Source: Octopus bimaculoides (taxonomy: Eukaryota). Taken from it: a stretch of DNA of 64,000 nucleotides. This document shows, piece after piece, positions 36,016-49,858 of this stretch. The notes under the pieces are model-generated. The model saw nothing but the letters and a program-made list of their open reading frames with translations, had not been told where the DNA came from and made no database searches. The first letter of the stretch is position 1; each line of letters begins with the position of its first letter. The stretch spans positions 144,780,236 to 144,844,235 of the forward strand of contig NC_068981.1 of the NCBI RefSeq assembly GCF_001194135.2. Reading direction: 5' to 3'. Position numbers and translations under genes: made by a program.

Positions 36016-39000
36016 ATAACAGTTGGACCGATCAGTCGGCTGAAAGTTGGCTTGTTATTTGAATAATTCATAGTTCGCACCCACCCACATATAACTACTA
36101 ACAGAATTTCTGCTAATAATTATAAACTTGTCGAGTGTTTCATTAGTTTGCTACACAAAAATGTGAATTCTTGCATCATAAAACACGGTACAAATTAGCA
36201 TTTGGCATAACTATCATAGAAGTGGGACATATCTTGAGTAGCATCATATAACCTGAAATAGATATCAATATTTCTTTGCCTATTACGCAAAGCCCCTTTA
36301 AAATGCAAGTAGAGACTGATAAGATCTTAGGCGAAGCGTTCTCACTAAATCTGGTCCAATTAACAAACCATTCAGCATATCGGGGTCCTTATCGCTCCAT
36401 CAGTATTCTACATATCTCTCAATCTAGTTGTATATTAATTGCATCACAAAGTGTTAGAGAGGCTCATTGATTTACAAATAGCTTTTAAATGTACTTTAAA
36501 CAAGCTAAAACAGAATTTAGGTTCAAGAATTATCATCTCGTTTTTCTCATTCCAAATATTTCTCTTTAAGCTAAGAAAAATATTAAAAGATCTTTATAGG
36601 CTAGTCTGCATGGTCTATTCACTCACATAATATGCTCAATATGACTGATACAATAAATTTAACGGATTTGTCCCTGGAGAAATATAGGACAAACGTGGAC
36701 TAAAAGAGTCTCGCAGAACTTTAAATTATCATTCAGCCAAATAAAGATGAATGATAATAAAAGATCGTTTTTATAAAGTGGTGGGAGTATGAAAGAAAGT
36801 AAATTTAAAGCAGAGACTCTGTCCGAATGCTTATAATAGAACAGGCTGCGCTAAAATCTCCCATGGACAAGGTTGTAGTGTGAAATGAACGGGCCTTCCG
36901 ACGGGCTTTCACCACGGCGTTTCAAACTACAAAATTTTACTCACGTAGATTTGGTCGCCCGCATGTAATATTACAAGACATTTGTTCAAAGTTCTATGCA
37001 GCGAAATGAAATCCGAAACCACATATGTAGGAAGTAAACTTCTTAACCACGCATCTACACCTATTCCTCCATGTTTCCTGGAGACACGTTTCTATAACCC
37101 CTAACATCCAAACTAAGGGACAGGAAAATGAACTAGACTGTTTTCCACTTGTCTTCTCGGAGATGATACACTACCTAATACTTATAGGAAAAACGGAAAG
37201 CATTGTAATGCTTATGACGTCTTTATGAAGTATGTATTGTGGATGAAGGTAATGTGTAAGAATATATGCGTTAATATCCCCAGTGTTGAAAATTTGATGT
37301 TAGAAATCAAGATTCTTATATTAATCACAGCCAAAGAATTCATAAATAAGGTGAAATCTATCATCAGATTAAACAAACTGATTTAATGCCAATATACATT
37401 AGAAAGCTTAGTAAATAAATAGAACATAAGTTAACATCTGCTAGCTGATCATCAGTTCGAAATAATAGCCCATTTATCTGATATTAATGACGAATTGATA
37501 TTAAGGCTTAGTGATTTGCTGCATATGAGACAGAAGCTATTTATCAATTACGTTCATAAAGAGTTTTGTAGTGAGAAAATTTGACGTAGATTATTGTTAG
37601 ATTTCATGTCTGATCTAAAGTTCGAAATTTATAACAATGGTTGACAGTTGATTAGCTAGATACAGGATTGGTTGATTATGTTATAGTTCATATATTTATA
37701 AATACATTGATCAACAATTTCGATTTTTCATTGGATAAATTTATCTCAAATAGTAATTACTCGTCAAGCTTTGAGAATGAAAATTGTCGTCCCAATAGCT
37801 GAGAGGAGGAAAATTCATAGTTTTGAGCTGCTGGTGTGAGGGCGGGGTGGAAATATTAATGGAAGGATTTCTGACTGGACAACTACACAAATTGTTGTCG
37901 ATGCTCTTTGATCTTATTCCTTTACCGATCACTTATAAAGTAGGTGTATGATTAAAACAGTTATAGTTATGGCCATCCTAAGTTTTCTTTTCAGGTATAG
38001 CATGTATTCAGGACCACTTTACCCGAAGTGTTCTCCTCTATTTAAGACAGTATAACGTGAATGAAGGAGACTTGGTTGTTATTCTCGTAGATCAAGGGGC
38101 CGAAGCTATATGAGACGGTACACGTTGCCAATGAAGACAGCATTTGTAAATTATAAGCAGCTTAACTAAATTTCAAATCCTTTTATATACGAAATCTACA
38201 ACGGACATGAATCTTTGTGTCAAAGGAAAAATACTGCCTAAATTTCTGCACTAGTGCAGAACTATGCATAAGAGATTGTTAGGAGAGAAATGCAGCAGTG
38301 TTTGTATTCAGCCCCACGTGATTTCTCCCCCAAAACATCCATCGCTTGCTCCCCAAAATAGAATCAATGGAATATGCATTCTTCCATTCATTTCTTAATT
38401 AATCATTAGTCTTTATCAATTTATGCAATAGGATTGTTCTCAGAATTCTTAATAGTAACAGCTGTAATCCTAAATCCTATATAATTCGCATAATAACAAA
38501 ATATTGCGGAAGAGGAGTTAACTAAATATCATTCGTAGGAACTAAAGTTTATATTCTTTGTGAAATTGCAAATATCTATTTCCCATTTCTTCAAGTCGAA
38601 TAGTTTCAACAGATATTTAAAGTATTGACATACATTTTAAATTGGATATAAAATAAACGTGCTTTTTTTCATATTAATACCTACAGATTTCTTAGCTTTG
38701 TGCCAAATCAGAAACTATTATGAAGACAAAAGTATATATTACTCCAATAAATAAATTCAATAATCAAATATTTCTATTTTCTTTTCGACTATTCGTAATT
38801 ATTGATCTTTACTAAGCATATCCCTGCATTATTATTCTCATTGCTTATCTCGACGTTGGATCTGGTTGAGAAAATCTACGATCAAAGGCGTTGAAGTCAT
38901 TATGATATTATCTTTTTGTAAGGCATAGTGGATGTAGAACAAATGTATTCTTTCTCTCCTTTCACTTTCTAAGACATTAGGGTGTAATAGAGGGAGATTT

Positions 39001-40514
39001 CGCTATTATTTTTACAATAACAAGCGACCACGTAGAGGCTTCCTTGCTGATTCAATGCATAATTCAATTGGTATCAGAAGAAGAGAAGTGGGAGTTAAAA
39101 AGCAAGAGGAGTCCAAATAACTTCAAAGAGAAACAGTGATTCAAACTAGGCTTATTAAATGCTTTATAACTATCATTCTTTATAATAATAAATACGTTTT
39201 ACGATAGTAAACTATACCAACTATTTATTACACAATTAAAAACTCAAGGATCACTAATAAAATTGCTTCAATTTTAATTATATTAATTTGATGAAATTTT
39301 TATTATGTTTATGAAATGTCTATTAGTTTGGTTTTTGGGTGCAGAAATTCCTTATTTTCACACTTGGTATATTGAGAGATCTGCATACATACATACATAC
39401 ATACATACATAGACACAAACACACACATACATATATATAGTGCTTCATATTTATTTAATTCTTGTATTTGTTAAGGGATGGCCCTGCTTCACAAATTAAC
39501 ACGATGAAACGAATCCAAAAGAACGATTGATTGACATATATGTAGTCAATTACTTTCTTTGAGACACGAGGTTTTTTCTCTTTATCTTACTACCTTTGCT
39601 TCTCTGAATTCGTGATTCAAATACGCTTTCTACCCAGGCCCACATGATTCACCTATATTACCTCCTAATGCCAGCTTTAGAGTGTTTCCTATCCCAGACG
39701 TGGTTCAAAACGTTTATAGCAAGAACGTCAACTTCTGGAATCACACACATACAATCTTCTTTTTCACACTGCTTTGCAATTTTGAAGGTGAATATCAACC
39801 AGTTCAATTTCATGTACTGTCGTGGGATTTTTAAACAATATAAGCACTCCATTATTTTCTATGACAACCTTATTAAAACTACACTCTTGATTAATACGGA
39901 TCAGAAATCAAACTTTGAACTATCGACTGTTTCTTCTGACATTTCTGCTAAACTCAACAAAACACTTAAGATTCTACTGAGAATTGACTGGTTTCTGTTC
40001 AGTGCATACTTTTCATTGCTAAGAAATAGTTGAATTTATTCAAATACTGTTATTTATTGATTGATTTTTACAACATGCATAGTACCAATAACACTATAAA
40101 TAAAAGATCAAATATTCTGTTTTATAAGATTAATTTTTTCTTGTTCAATTATTTAAAACGCAAACACTTTCATTTTATTCTTACTTTTAAGAATTGATTA
40201 TTTCAGGAACAAAGAATTTAAACATGAAATTAATTTTTATTAGTATTTCTAAAAATACTCTCTTGTGAACAAAAAAAAAGTATTTCTAGAACTAAACAAA
40301 AAAAAATATCTGAAAATAACATTTTCGAAATTTTAAAGAAAACATGTTCACTGAATGTTTAAGCGTAAACTGTGATAAGAACAGGAATTAACCTATTGTT
40401 GTTTTCCTTTCTTATTTCTGTATTTATCCACGGAAAGCGGGTTTCTTTGCATTTTATTCAAGAATTTTCTGAATGCCTAGCAGAGATGTAAATTAAGTAA
40501 CTTAAAATATATAT

Positions 40515-40735
40515 TTCCCACAGGGGGCTAAACATAGAGAGGACAAACAAGGACAGACAAAGGGATGAAGTAGATTACATCGACTCCAGTGTGTAAATGG
40601 TACTTATTTAATTGACCCCGAAAGGATGAAATTCAAAGTCGACCTCGGCGGAATTTGAGCTCAGAACATAAAGACAGGCGGAATACCGCTAAGCAATTCG
40701 CCTGGTGTGCTAACGACTCTGCCAGCTCAACGCCC
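40515..40735 (-). mobile_element. SINE family B, full length (same alternative tail as 24186)
   Basis: cccacagggggctaaacatagagaggacaaacaaggacagac ... gccagctcaacgcc. Confidence 0.9.
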
Positions 40736-41474
40736 TACTTAAAATATATATTGATGCCACTAGTTACAATCTTTGACGCTCTTCGTTGATGCTAAAGATA
40801 ATATAGCAATCATATATGTGTTACTCAGTATAATCTCCAGTATTCTTTCTATTAGTAGGTAACAAGGATCCTATTTTATATTTCCTTACATAGTACCGAG
40901 GAACGAAGTTGGTTTACTTCAAACTTTTGGTCAGAATACTTTTATATTCAAGGTCGATCCACAATATTTATTTTGTTATTACTGCTACTACACTGTAGTT
41001 ATGGACATCATACTTAATCTCATAAAATTTCAAGGTAAGGATTATCTAATAAAAACAATAGCTAAGCGTGCAGCTGAAGTCCTTGCACTACATTTATTCT
41101 GTTTTCTTATGGACCGAGCTCAACTCGAGCTGGAGCCGTCTTCCTTTCATGAGTCTTTAAAATATGCACCTGCCTTTTACTAATTCCACTCAAGTCATTA
41201 AGCTTACAGCACACAAATATTTATATTTTCTAATAAGAAACCAATAACTATGGCACATCCAGTTTCGTAAACACCTAACTGTGTAAGAATAAATACTTGT
41301 TAATGACAGCTTCTAAACCTAAAATGTTTTCATTTATATAATGATAAAGCATTACTAGCATAGATGATCTGATATTTACTGAAATAAATATCCTCAAGAT
41401 GTTTGAAAGGCATAGGCATATATAGTCTCCAATAAAATACGTATAACATCTATATGACTTCTCAATTGATATTG

Positions 41475-41685
41475 ATTTCAAATTTTGACACAAGGCCAGA
41501 AATTATAGAGTAGGGGGTAAGTGAATTACATCGACCTCAGTATTCAACTGGTATTGATTATAGACCACGTAAGGCTGAAAGGCAATATCCACCCCGACGG
41601 TATTTGAACCCAGAACATTAAGACGGACAAAATACTGCTAAGCACTTTGTTCGAAATTCTAACGATTCTGCCAGCTCGCTGACTT
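41475..41685 (-). mobile_element. SINE family B, decayed
   Basis: caaattttgacacaaggcc...aacgattctgccagctcgctgac. Confidence 0.8.
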
Positions 41686-42814
41686 CAGGATTGCTATTAA
41701 CTGACGTTTCTCGAAGCTGTGTAGCATAATTCCCTGTGATATGAGGACACCATAAAAATTTTCGGATAACGTGTATGTTTTATATCTAATATAGTTTAGT
41801 TTAAACACGTCGATCTCACGAAAGGCCTCCAAGAAAAACTAACGTACTGCCAAAAGTAATCAGATTCACTAGCCCATTACACTTACGGCAATTACGCGAA
41901 CTGATTATATGGAGGCGACAATGAAGCGTCAGTGGAAAGAGCCGAACTACAGAAACCTCAATTCAGCATATCGAAAACATATCGTCTAACCTATCTACAG
42001 TGCTTGTCTCTAAAGAACAATATACTAAATAACACGCAATCAAAAATTCATTATGTGTATGTCAGATATAACTGGTGAAAGTGTTTTGGCTCAATATTAT
42101 ATTTTTAAATGTTGCTTAGATTATAAATGTATTAATAAAGGTTATAAAGGTTCGAAAAGAATAATAGACATTTTAGTTTTTAGCACCTTTGTTTCAAATG
42201 AATATTAGATATTTAGTAGATCAAAGACTAAAAATCATGAATTATTTTGCGGGTGAAAATGCAAACGAATAAAAAAGTTTATTGATGTCTGTGACATTTC
42301 ATCTTTCAATGGAAAGCAGTGCAGCTGAGAATTGACACGGCTAACAGTGATTTGATTATTAGTATTTCAATAAACTATTACTAACGTTTAGAAAATTTAT
42401 CAATTCTACTAATTAAAAAGATTAGACATTCCATATATATACAGATATTAGGCGTGACAATACGCGTAATCATTCATGCCTTTAGGACATGTACGCGTCT
42501 GAAATCTCTAACCTCATAACCATCACAAGAATAGTGGACTATGAGGATAACTGGATGGATGTATGTTATATTGTCTCTTCATTTTCTTGAAGGAAAAACT
42601 CAGCATTTCGAGTTTGTTTCTTAAACACTTATGAAAAGACAATGAAGTATGATTAGAATATGAATATGTAATCTACGTAAAGAAGTTGTAATTCTGAACG
42701 CTCCGTGTGTCATAGATTTTGAATGAAATACGTATCTTCTGGAAAGCTGACTGCTGCAGCACTACATACATTTCGTTACATAAATATATATTCATATATG
42801 TATGCATACATATA

Positions 42815-43689
42815 CAGGGTATTCGGGCTAAATATAACTATTTCTATGTCCCCTTTTTTCAGGAACAGCTTGATGTATTGGTGAACAGTCAACGACGTTA
42901 GAGAACATAATGACTAAAGTTGTAGTTGAGAAAAGGTTAGCTGATATGGAAGATGGGAAGCCATCTGAATATTGGAAAAGAGTTCCCTATATCATGATGA
43001 TTCGTGCTAGGTATCAAATGTTAACAGCCTGGCTCAATGCCCCATGAATACTGTAAGGGCTGTAAGACGTGACATGAACAGCTGCAACAGAGACTACGAA
43101 GCTGAGGCGAGCCAGAAGAATCACAGCAGGCATTCAGGCTGCCTTCGTTCGCCGGAATCGATCCCCACATCTTTGAACAGGATCTTAGGCTCAATTCAAA
43201 CGGCTATATAAAGCTGCTGGAGGATGTAGTTAAACCGTGGCTGAAGAGAGTTTCTCCTGGAAGGTCATATGTGTAGCAACAGTTTTCGGGGCTTTGTCAC
43301 ACTTCCGGAAAGTGTCAGAAGTGACTGTCGGAGAATTTCTACGATTTCGCCAGCCCCAATTTCTGGCCTCCTAATTCGTCCGTAATTCAAAGGATAACTA
43401 TGCGAGGTATATGTTTGAGAAAGACAATCAACTGCTCAGCTTGCAACACCAAGAGCGAGTTGGTGACCAAGATCAACGAGGCGTTCTTTTCAGGGATACA
43501 AGAACACAAGGACCAACGTCTGAAGCTATCTTGATGCCGTGATAGAAGCTGAAGGCGATTACTTTCAGTAAACTGTTACCTTTCAGTCACAATCTAGTCG
43601 ATTATTTTCAAAACATTTAGTTTTTGGACGGGATATTATCTTTTCTTTTCCTTTTATTCAAACTGTCAAATTTATCCAGAGCACTATCG
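42815..43689 (+). mobile_element. Internally deleted Tc1/mariner transposon with both TIRs and TA flanks
   Basis: TA|CAGGGTATTCGGGCTAAATATAAC at the left; aaactgtcaaatttatccagagcactatcg|TA at the right. Encodes MEDGKPSEYWKR..MMIRA, then jumps to PHIFEQDLRLNSNGYIKLLEDVVKPWLKRV..QQ..WPPNS..DAVIEAEGDYFQ*; the first catalytic Asp region is deleted. Confidence 0.9.
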
Positions 43690-43980
43690 TAATATAATTG
43701 TATTGCTTTGTATTTACGTACATATATACACCATATGCGCTCTGATATACTTTTACTTATATATATTTCTCTTTCATAGAGAACTAAATCTTATACACAT
43801 ATAATTGAATTACTCAACAACTACACATACATCAGAGTATGTCATTCGCACACAATACATACTTATACACACACACACATACACACACACACACATATAT
43901 ATATATATACATAATGCATCGATTTCTAATTCCCGTTTGTTCTAGGAAACCTATAAAACATATACGTATGTGTGCATGTA

Positions 43981-44057
<77 letters not shown>

Positions 44058-45654
44058 TTATAAATTTGCAAGCAAACTCGGACGGAGAAGAGCGACTCAC
44101 ATACGTTCTTTTTAATAGTAACTCTCATTATATATTACTCATATAATAATATATAAAAATATATAATGATTTCAGATGGCGACTTGATATTATTTTTACG
44201 TTGTAGGTTTGTTAATGGCGACTCATATCTTATACGTGTCTATTTAAACAAAAATTAAGAAAAAAATAATAATGTGTTTTAATATAATATTTTTAGGGCA
44301 AAAATTATCCAATTAATATTCAGTAAGTAAATTGTGAACTTAATAATTTACAAAAAGTTAGAGGAAGTTGCAAACGTAGGTGATACATACGATAATATAT
44401 TGTTTAAATGCAACATAAAAAGTACAGACTTTATATTAATTTCAATATAAAATGAAGAGTAAATGAATTAAAGAAATATCAGAATAGTTATGTAGCGTAA
44501 GAAAAGTATATATAAATTATAAAAGAATATTAATTGTTTCATATCTGCACAATAATTACAATGTAAAATAATTACGCACGCACGCACACATATACACACA
44601 AATATATTTATATATGTGTGCATGCTTGTATGTGTATATATGCTTGTAATTATGTATGTATGTATGTATGTATGTATGTATGTATGTATGTATGTATGTA
44701 TGATTGTATGTATGTCAATAGAAAGACATCAATGATAGTTAAAATACTACTCTAACAAACGACAAGGTAATTTGTACATTGTCGCTCAAACTGCTAAGAA
44801 CAATCAGCAAATCTCTTTCGAATTAGCCCCCTCTGACTTTTAAAATAACGATAGATTTGCTATCATCGTTTTTGCTAAACTCCGCCAGAAACTAAAAAAA
44901 AAATAGGTGTCAAGGTTGGAACACTTTCCTTCATAGGTCATCTTGATCAAGGCTAACCGGAAGATAATCAACTCCCTTATCTTCCAACATTAAATTCAGA
45001 CCGGTGCCTGAAGGTTACGACTGCACTTTATGCACTTAATTTTTTCGACACTAGAATATCTATTTCTCATTATCCTAGTCTCCTAGCCAGAGATTAACGA
45101 ATAGCATATTAAACTACATGGAAATTATGTAAATTTATTCATAACTCAACGTTACCTTAGGAAATATCTCATATTACCATCCATTAGGCTTGAGTTTAGT
45201 CATTTTAAATACCGATTTGTACCGAATCATTTACAATGATTAATGATCAGAAACCAGCTTCCTCTCGAGATGACGTGAAGAAATGTTTGGTAATTATTTA
45301 ACACTGGTCTCTAAACAGTAATTATAATTCCGAATCATATGGAAGTATCGGTACTAATTTGAATCAGTTTTACAGCGGTTCTTCATTGGAATTATATGTT
45401 TGGCTTCTTTTGGAAAATAAAGAGACTATCTAGCTTAAGGTCAGCTTGTCAAACTGCAGATTATATCTAATTATTCATTCCATGGAATCCTTATTGCTGT
45501 GTTGTCCAGTCAACCAGACCTAAAACCTGTAAAGCAGAAGTAATAATGTTTGCGGAAAGTGGAAAAACGAATATATATATATATATATATACTTTTTCAC
45601 ACCTACATACACACATACATACGTTAAGATCACCAGCATTCTCTCACACACACA

Positions 45655-45937
45655 CACGGCTTCTCGTATTTAGGTTCACCGCTTCTTTCCCCTTTGTTAT
45701 CTCCCCTTTTTCTTAGCTTTCCTGCGTGAACTTTCTGTCCGGCAGTCGGCATGATAGATCGCTGACCACTACATTTAATTTTTTTTCTCCTTGTTTTTTC
45801 TCCTTATTTCATTCTGTTGAAGAGCGTAGCTCGAAACGTTAAATACTTTTTCTATTCCCGAGCGTTAAACTAATACATCCTTTTGTTGTTTACACCACCT
45901 GTCCTCGTCTGTTGTTTTTTCGTAAATTCTCCTATAT
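45655..45937 (+). mobile_element. pLTR-like repeat with a hammerhead-like motif (variant core CTGTTGA)
   Basis: Pyrimidine tract, then TT CTGTTGA A GAGC-GTA-GCTC GAAAC GTT AA (45812-45842); palindromic AACGTT stem III. Confidence 0.55.
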
Positions 45938-46169
45938 NNNNNNNNNNNNNNNNNNNNNNNNNNNNNNNNNNNNNNNNNNNNNNNNNNNNNNNNNNNNNNN
46001 NNNNNNNNNNATATATATATATATATATATAACGGAGTTATTAGTGACGCATTATCAATATATACCTATCAATCTGCAATGGTGATCATCTCTATCCTCG
46101 GACCCTCTCACACGAATATGCGGAGTCCTTTACTAATCTAAACAATATTGCTAGCCTAGTGTAGTAACA

Positions 46170-46396
46170 GAGAGCAGAAAATTTGGTGAGAAGGAACTAG
46201 TCGATTACATCGACACCAGTGTTTCACTGTTACTTAATTTATCAACCCCGAGAAGATGAAAAGCTAAGTAGACCTTAGCGGAATTTGAAGTCAGAACATA
46301 GCAACGGGCGAAATGCCGCGAAGCATTTGGTTCGGCATGCAAACGATTCTGTCAGCTCGCCGCCTTAATATTAACAATAATAAAAACAACAACGAG

Positions 46397-46435
<39 letters not shown>

Positions 46436-46937
46436 AATAATAATAATAATAATAGTGGTTTCAAATTTTGTCACAAGAGCACCCATTTTGGGGGAGAGGA
46501 TGAGTCGATTACATCGACCTAGTGTTTAAACGGTATTATTTTTATCTTTTCTACTCTAGGCACAAGGCCCAAAATTTTGTGGGATGGGGCCAGTCGATGA
46601 CATCGTCCCCAGTACGCAACTGGTACTTAATTTATCGACCCCGAAAGGATGAAAGGCAAAGTGCACCTCGGTGTAATTTGAACTCAGGTGGTAGCGACAG
46701 ACGAAATATCGCTAAGCATTTCGTCCGGCGTGCCAACGTTTCTGCCTCCTTCCTACTAAAGGCACAAGGCCTGAAAATTTGATGGGAGGGGACTAATCGA
46801 TCACATCGACACCAGTGTTTCACTGGTACTTAATTTATCAACCCCGAAAACATGAAAAGCTAAGTCGACCTCAGCGGAATTTGAACTACCGCTAAGCAAT
46901 TGGTCCAGCATGCTAACGATTCTGTCAGCGCGCCACC

Positions 46938-46995
<58 letters not shown>

Positions 46996-47059
46996 TAACA
47001 ATAAGAAGAAGAAGAAGAAGAAAAAGAAGAAGAAGAAGAACAACAACAACAACAACAAC

Positions 47060-47096
<37 letters not shown>

Positions 47097-47250
47097 GCTT
47101 CAAATTTTGTTACAAGATCAGCCATTTTGGGAGATGTGACGATTACATCGACCCCAGTGTTTCACTGGTACTTAATTTATCGATATCGAAAGGATGAAAG
47201 GCAAAGTCGGCTTCGGCGACGGGCGAAATACCGCTAAGCATTTAGTCCGG
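46170..47250 (-). mobile_element. Head-to-tail array of about 5 family B SINE copies or partials separated by (AAC)/(AAT)/(AAG) runs
   Basis: The core gtcgat(t)acatcgac..cagt..ggtacttaatttatc recurs at ~46200, ~46505, ~46595, ~46797 and ~47140, all in the same orientation. Confidence 0.92.
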
Positions 47251-47830
47251 TGGAGCTGAACAATATCTTGCACAGAGAAGTGAAAGACAAGGTCACCACT
47301 GCATATTTGAAGCCACTCAAAATAGTCATTCAATCAAAACTCAACTCAAGGAGCCTTGTTACTGCCATCAGCATATGTGCTGATGCTGTAGTCTGCTATA
47401 GTGCACCCATCCTGAAATGGAAACGAGCGAAGAGATCAACTCGATCGCACAACCGGAAAGACAATGACATTGAATGGTGCCCATCACCCTAAGGCCAACG
47501 TACACAGGTTCTATACGAAGAGATGTAAAGATGGATGTGGGCTGAATATCGTACGGGAGTGCATCGGAAGCTGCTAGAAATGAATACTAAAGTTAATTCT
47601 GTTATCAGTAGGATAGATACCAAAAATATAGGAGACACTAACTTATTGATCTATGCAGGAGAGGCAGTTGTCACTAGAAGTTTAGATATTTCACAGGGAA
47701 AGATTGAAGAAGAGCAAATGAGGCAAAGGAGACTACAAAATAAATTAAAAACTTTAAGACAAGATCTGAGAAGAATAGAAAGCTGGAAACTCTTCAAGAC
47801 ATTAAAGGCAAGTAATGACCAGTCAATTTT
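47250..47830 (+). mobile_element. R4/Dong-clade-like non-LTR retrotransposon fragments (decayed)
   Basis: VKDKVTTAYLKPLKIVIQSKLNSRSLVTAISICADAVVCYSAPILKW / DQLDRTTGKTMTLNGAHHPKANVHRFYTKR..GCGL matches the post-RT region as I recall it. It is followed by VNSVISRIDTKNIGDTNLLIYAGEAVVT..RRLQNKLKTLRQDLRRIE, which resembles the pre-RT region. Confidence 0.75.
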
Positions 47831-49693
47831 AGACATACCAGTATTCAAACTAAATGATTTCTTGCATGTAAATTGTTGCTACATTGCTTGAAAGACATTT
47901 GCAATGGTCCGTTCAGTGTAGAGTAATAAAATAAACAAATGTCCACTGTCTAACTTAGTTCTATTAGTTAAATAAGTTTATTCGGAAAATGAATCAAATT
48001 AATGACGTTCAGTTGGACAAAGCTTTTTAAATCAAAGCCGTGACAAACTTTAGACATGCACATCAAAATTGGCTAAAGTTCAATATGTATGGCTAAATGA
48101 TTTTGAACGTATCATGTTAATCGCAGTAAAACAGTAAAAATGTAAATTTTATTGCATTCGTCAAGCAAACAAATTTCAGTTAATATTTGAAACGCGGACA
48201 CAAGCTTAGACAACTATAGCAAATATTATAGTTAAGATGATCAGAAGCAGATAATTATAGCTGTAGACATGTGTTATTGACATTCAGACATTCACGTTCT
48301 TGTTTATAGGAGCAACGGTTAATCACTGGTAATTCCACAACATATAGAACAATTGTTCTTTTTTGATGTCAACATTCATTATAGAATTATACAANNNNNN
48401 NNNNAGTTTTCTCGTTGGTAAATAGAAGAAAAAAAAATGAAATGTCCATTAGTTTAATTAACTATAAATTACAATTAAGCAAATGTATAAAATTTCCCAT
48501 TAATATTGTCATTTTATAAATATTCAGATTGGAAATACATAAAATTTGAGAAATGTGATAGAAGACAGGTGAAGGTTTCGATCAATTGAATTTAAACAAG
48601 CATGAAGAAAATAATATGAAATTTTTATGTAACTGTTCACACAAATTAGGATCAGTTTATTTCATTTATTTTATATATTTTATTTAAAATTTCAAATGGT
48701 AGCATCTTTGGTTACAGGCTTCCAACTGCCCAATTGCTGGTTCACTGCATGATGTGAGATTATATTTTACAATTATAAACTAATATTGAATTCTAAGATG
48801 TTAATTTAACTTTGTGTAATATTCAACTTCACCACGATTAATTATATGCACAGCTCACTAATTAAGCTAAACAATAAGACTTTCAGCTGGTATTTTATAA
48901 CCATAAGCGTGTATAATTCTTCAAATTAACTTCTAAACAATAATTTCCATTTGTATTGTGGATGCCAATAAGCAATATATGTACAATATATTCGTAATTA
49001 AACCTGCTTCATTCACGCTGATATCATCGGGAGATGAATGAATACCACGACTTTCCTAGTGCATTCCCCAAATTTATAATTTATTTTGTGTCGGACTGAG
49101 CATCACTAATATATCAACTTAGAAAAGTACTTTAGCTTAATGAGAAGTGATTGCATATTTCCTTTGTTTTCTTTGGGATATTGTACCACAGTTGTCACTC
49201 GCAAACTTGTATGATTTAGTAGCATGTATCAAGCTATTACTATTTGTTTTATATGCCTGTCTCATGCGCAGTTATCCTGTCATCTCTTCCACCCTTTATA
49301 CAGTAAGACATAGGGAACATGGTAACTGAGGGTAGTGAGAGAGCTGTACCAGCACACAGCTGATACCTAAGTCTAATCGTTTGAAAATGAGTAATTTGAA
49401 ACGAAACACCTTGCGCAATGTCATAACGTACCGCTCCATACAGGAATTGAACGCATGACCTTGTGGTGCTGAGCCCAACACTACAGTTACTGCTAGGACA
49501 CAAGGCCATGTACGAATCGTGATATTTGAGAATTTACCAAGATCTCCTCCATCATAACGCGAATAACAAATTTCTTCCGCAGTGAAATGTTTAAATCTCC
49601 AAACTTCGTAATTTGTCCCTTTTCAGTTGAACCTGTATCAGTCTTAGCCTTCTGTTATCTATGATAATTTAGTGTCATATTAAATTGATCCTG

Positions 49694-49858
49694 CAAGGCG
49701 CTGAGCTGGCAGAATCGTTAGTTTAAATTCCGCCGAGGTCGACTTTGCCTTGCGTCCTTCGGGGTCGATAAATTAAGTAACACTCAAGAACTAGGGTCGA
49801 TGTCATCGACTGTCGCCCTCCCTACAAAAACACAGGCCTTGTGCCTATAGTAGAAATG
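49694..49858 (+). mobile_element. SINE family B with an internal head deletion and a 17-bp target-site duplication
   Basis: atattaaattgatcctg at 49677-49693 and 49859-49875. Confidence 0.95.

Noticed and set aside
39644-40033. 129-codon ORF, the longest outside gaps and repeats
   Set aside because: F/I/L/K/N/S-rich composition typical of AT-rich non-coding DNA, with no motif.
46170-47250. Repeat-spacer periodicity superficially like a CRISPR array
   Set aside because: The units are ~200-bp SINEs with microsatellite spacers in eukaryotic DNA, and there are no cas genes.
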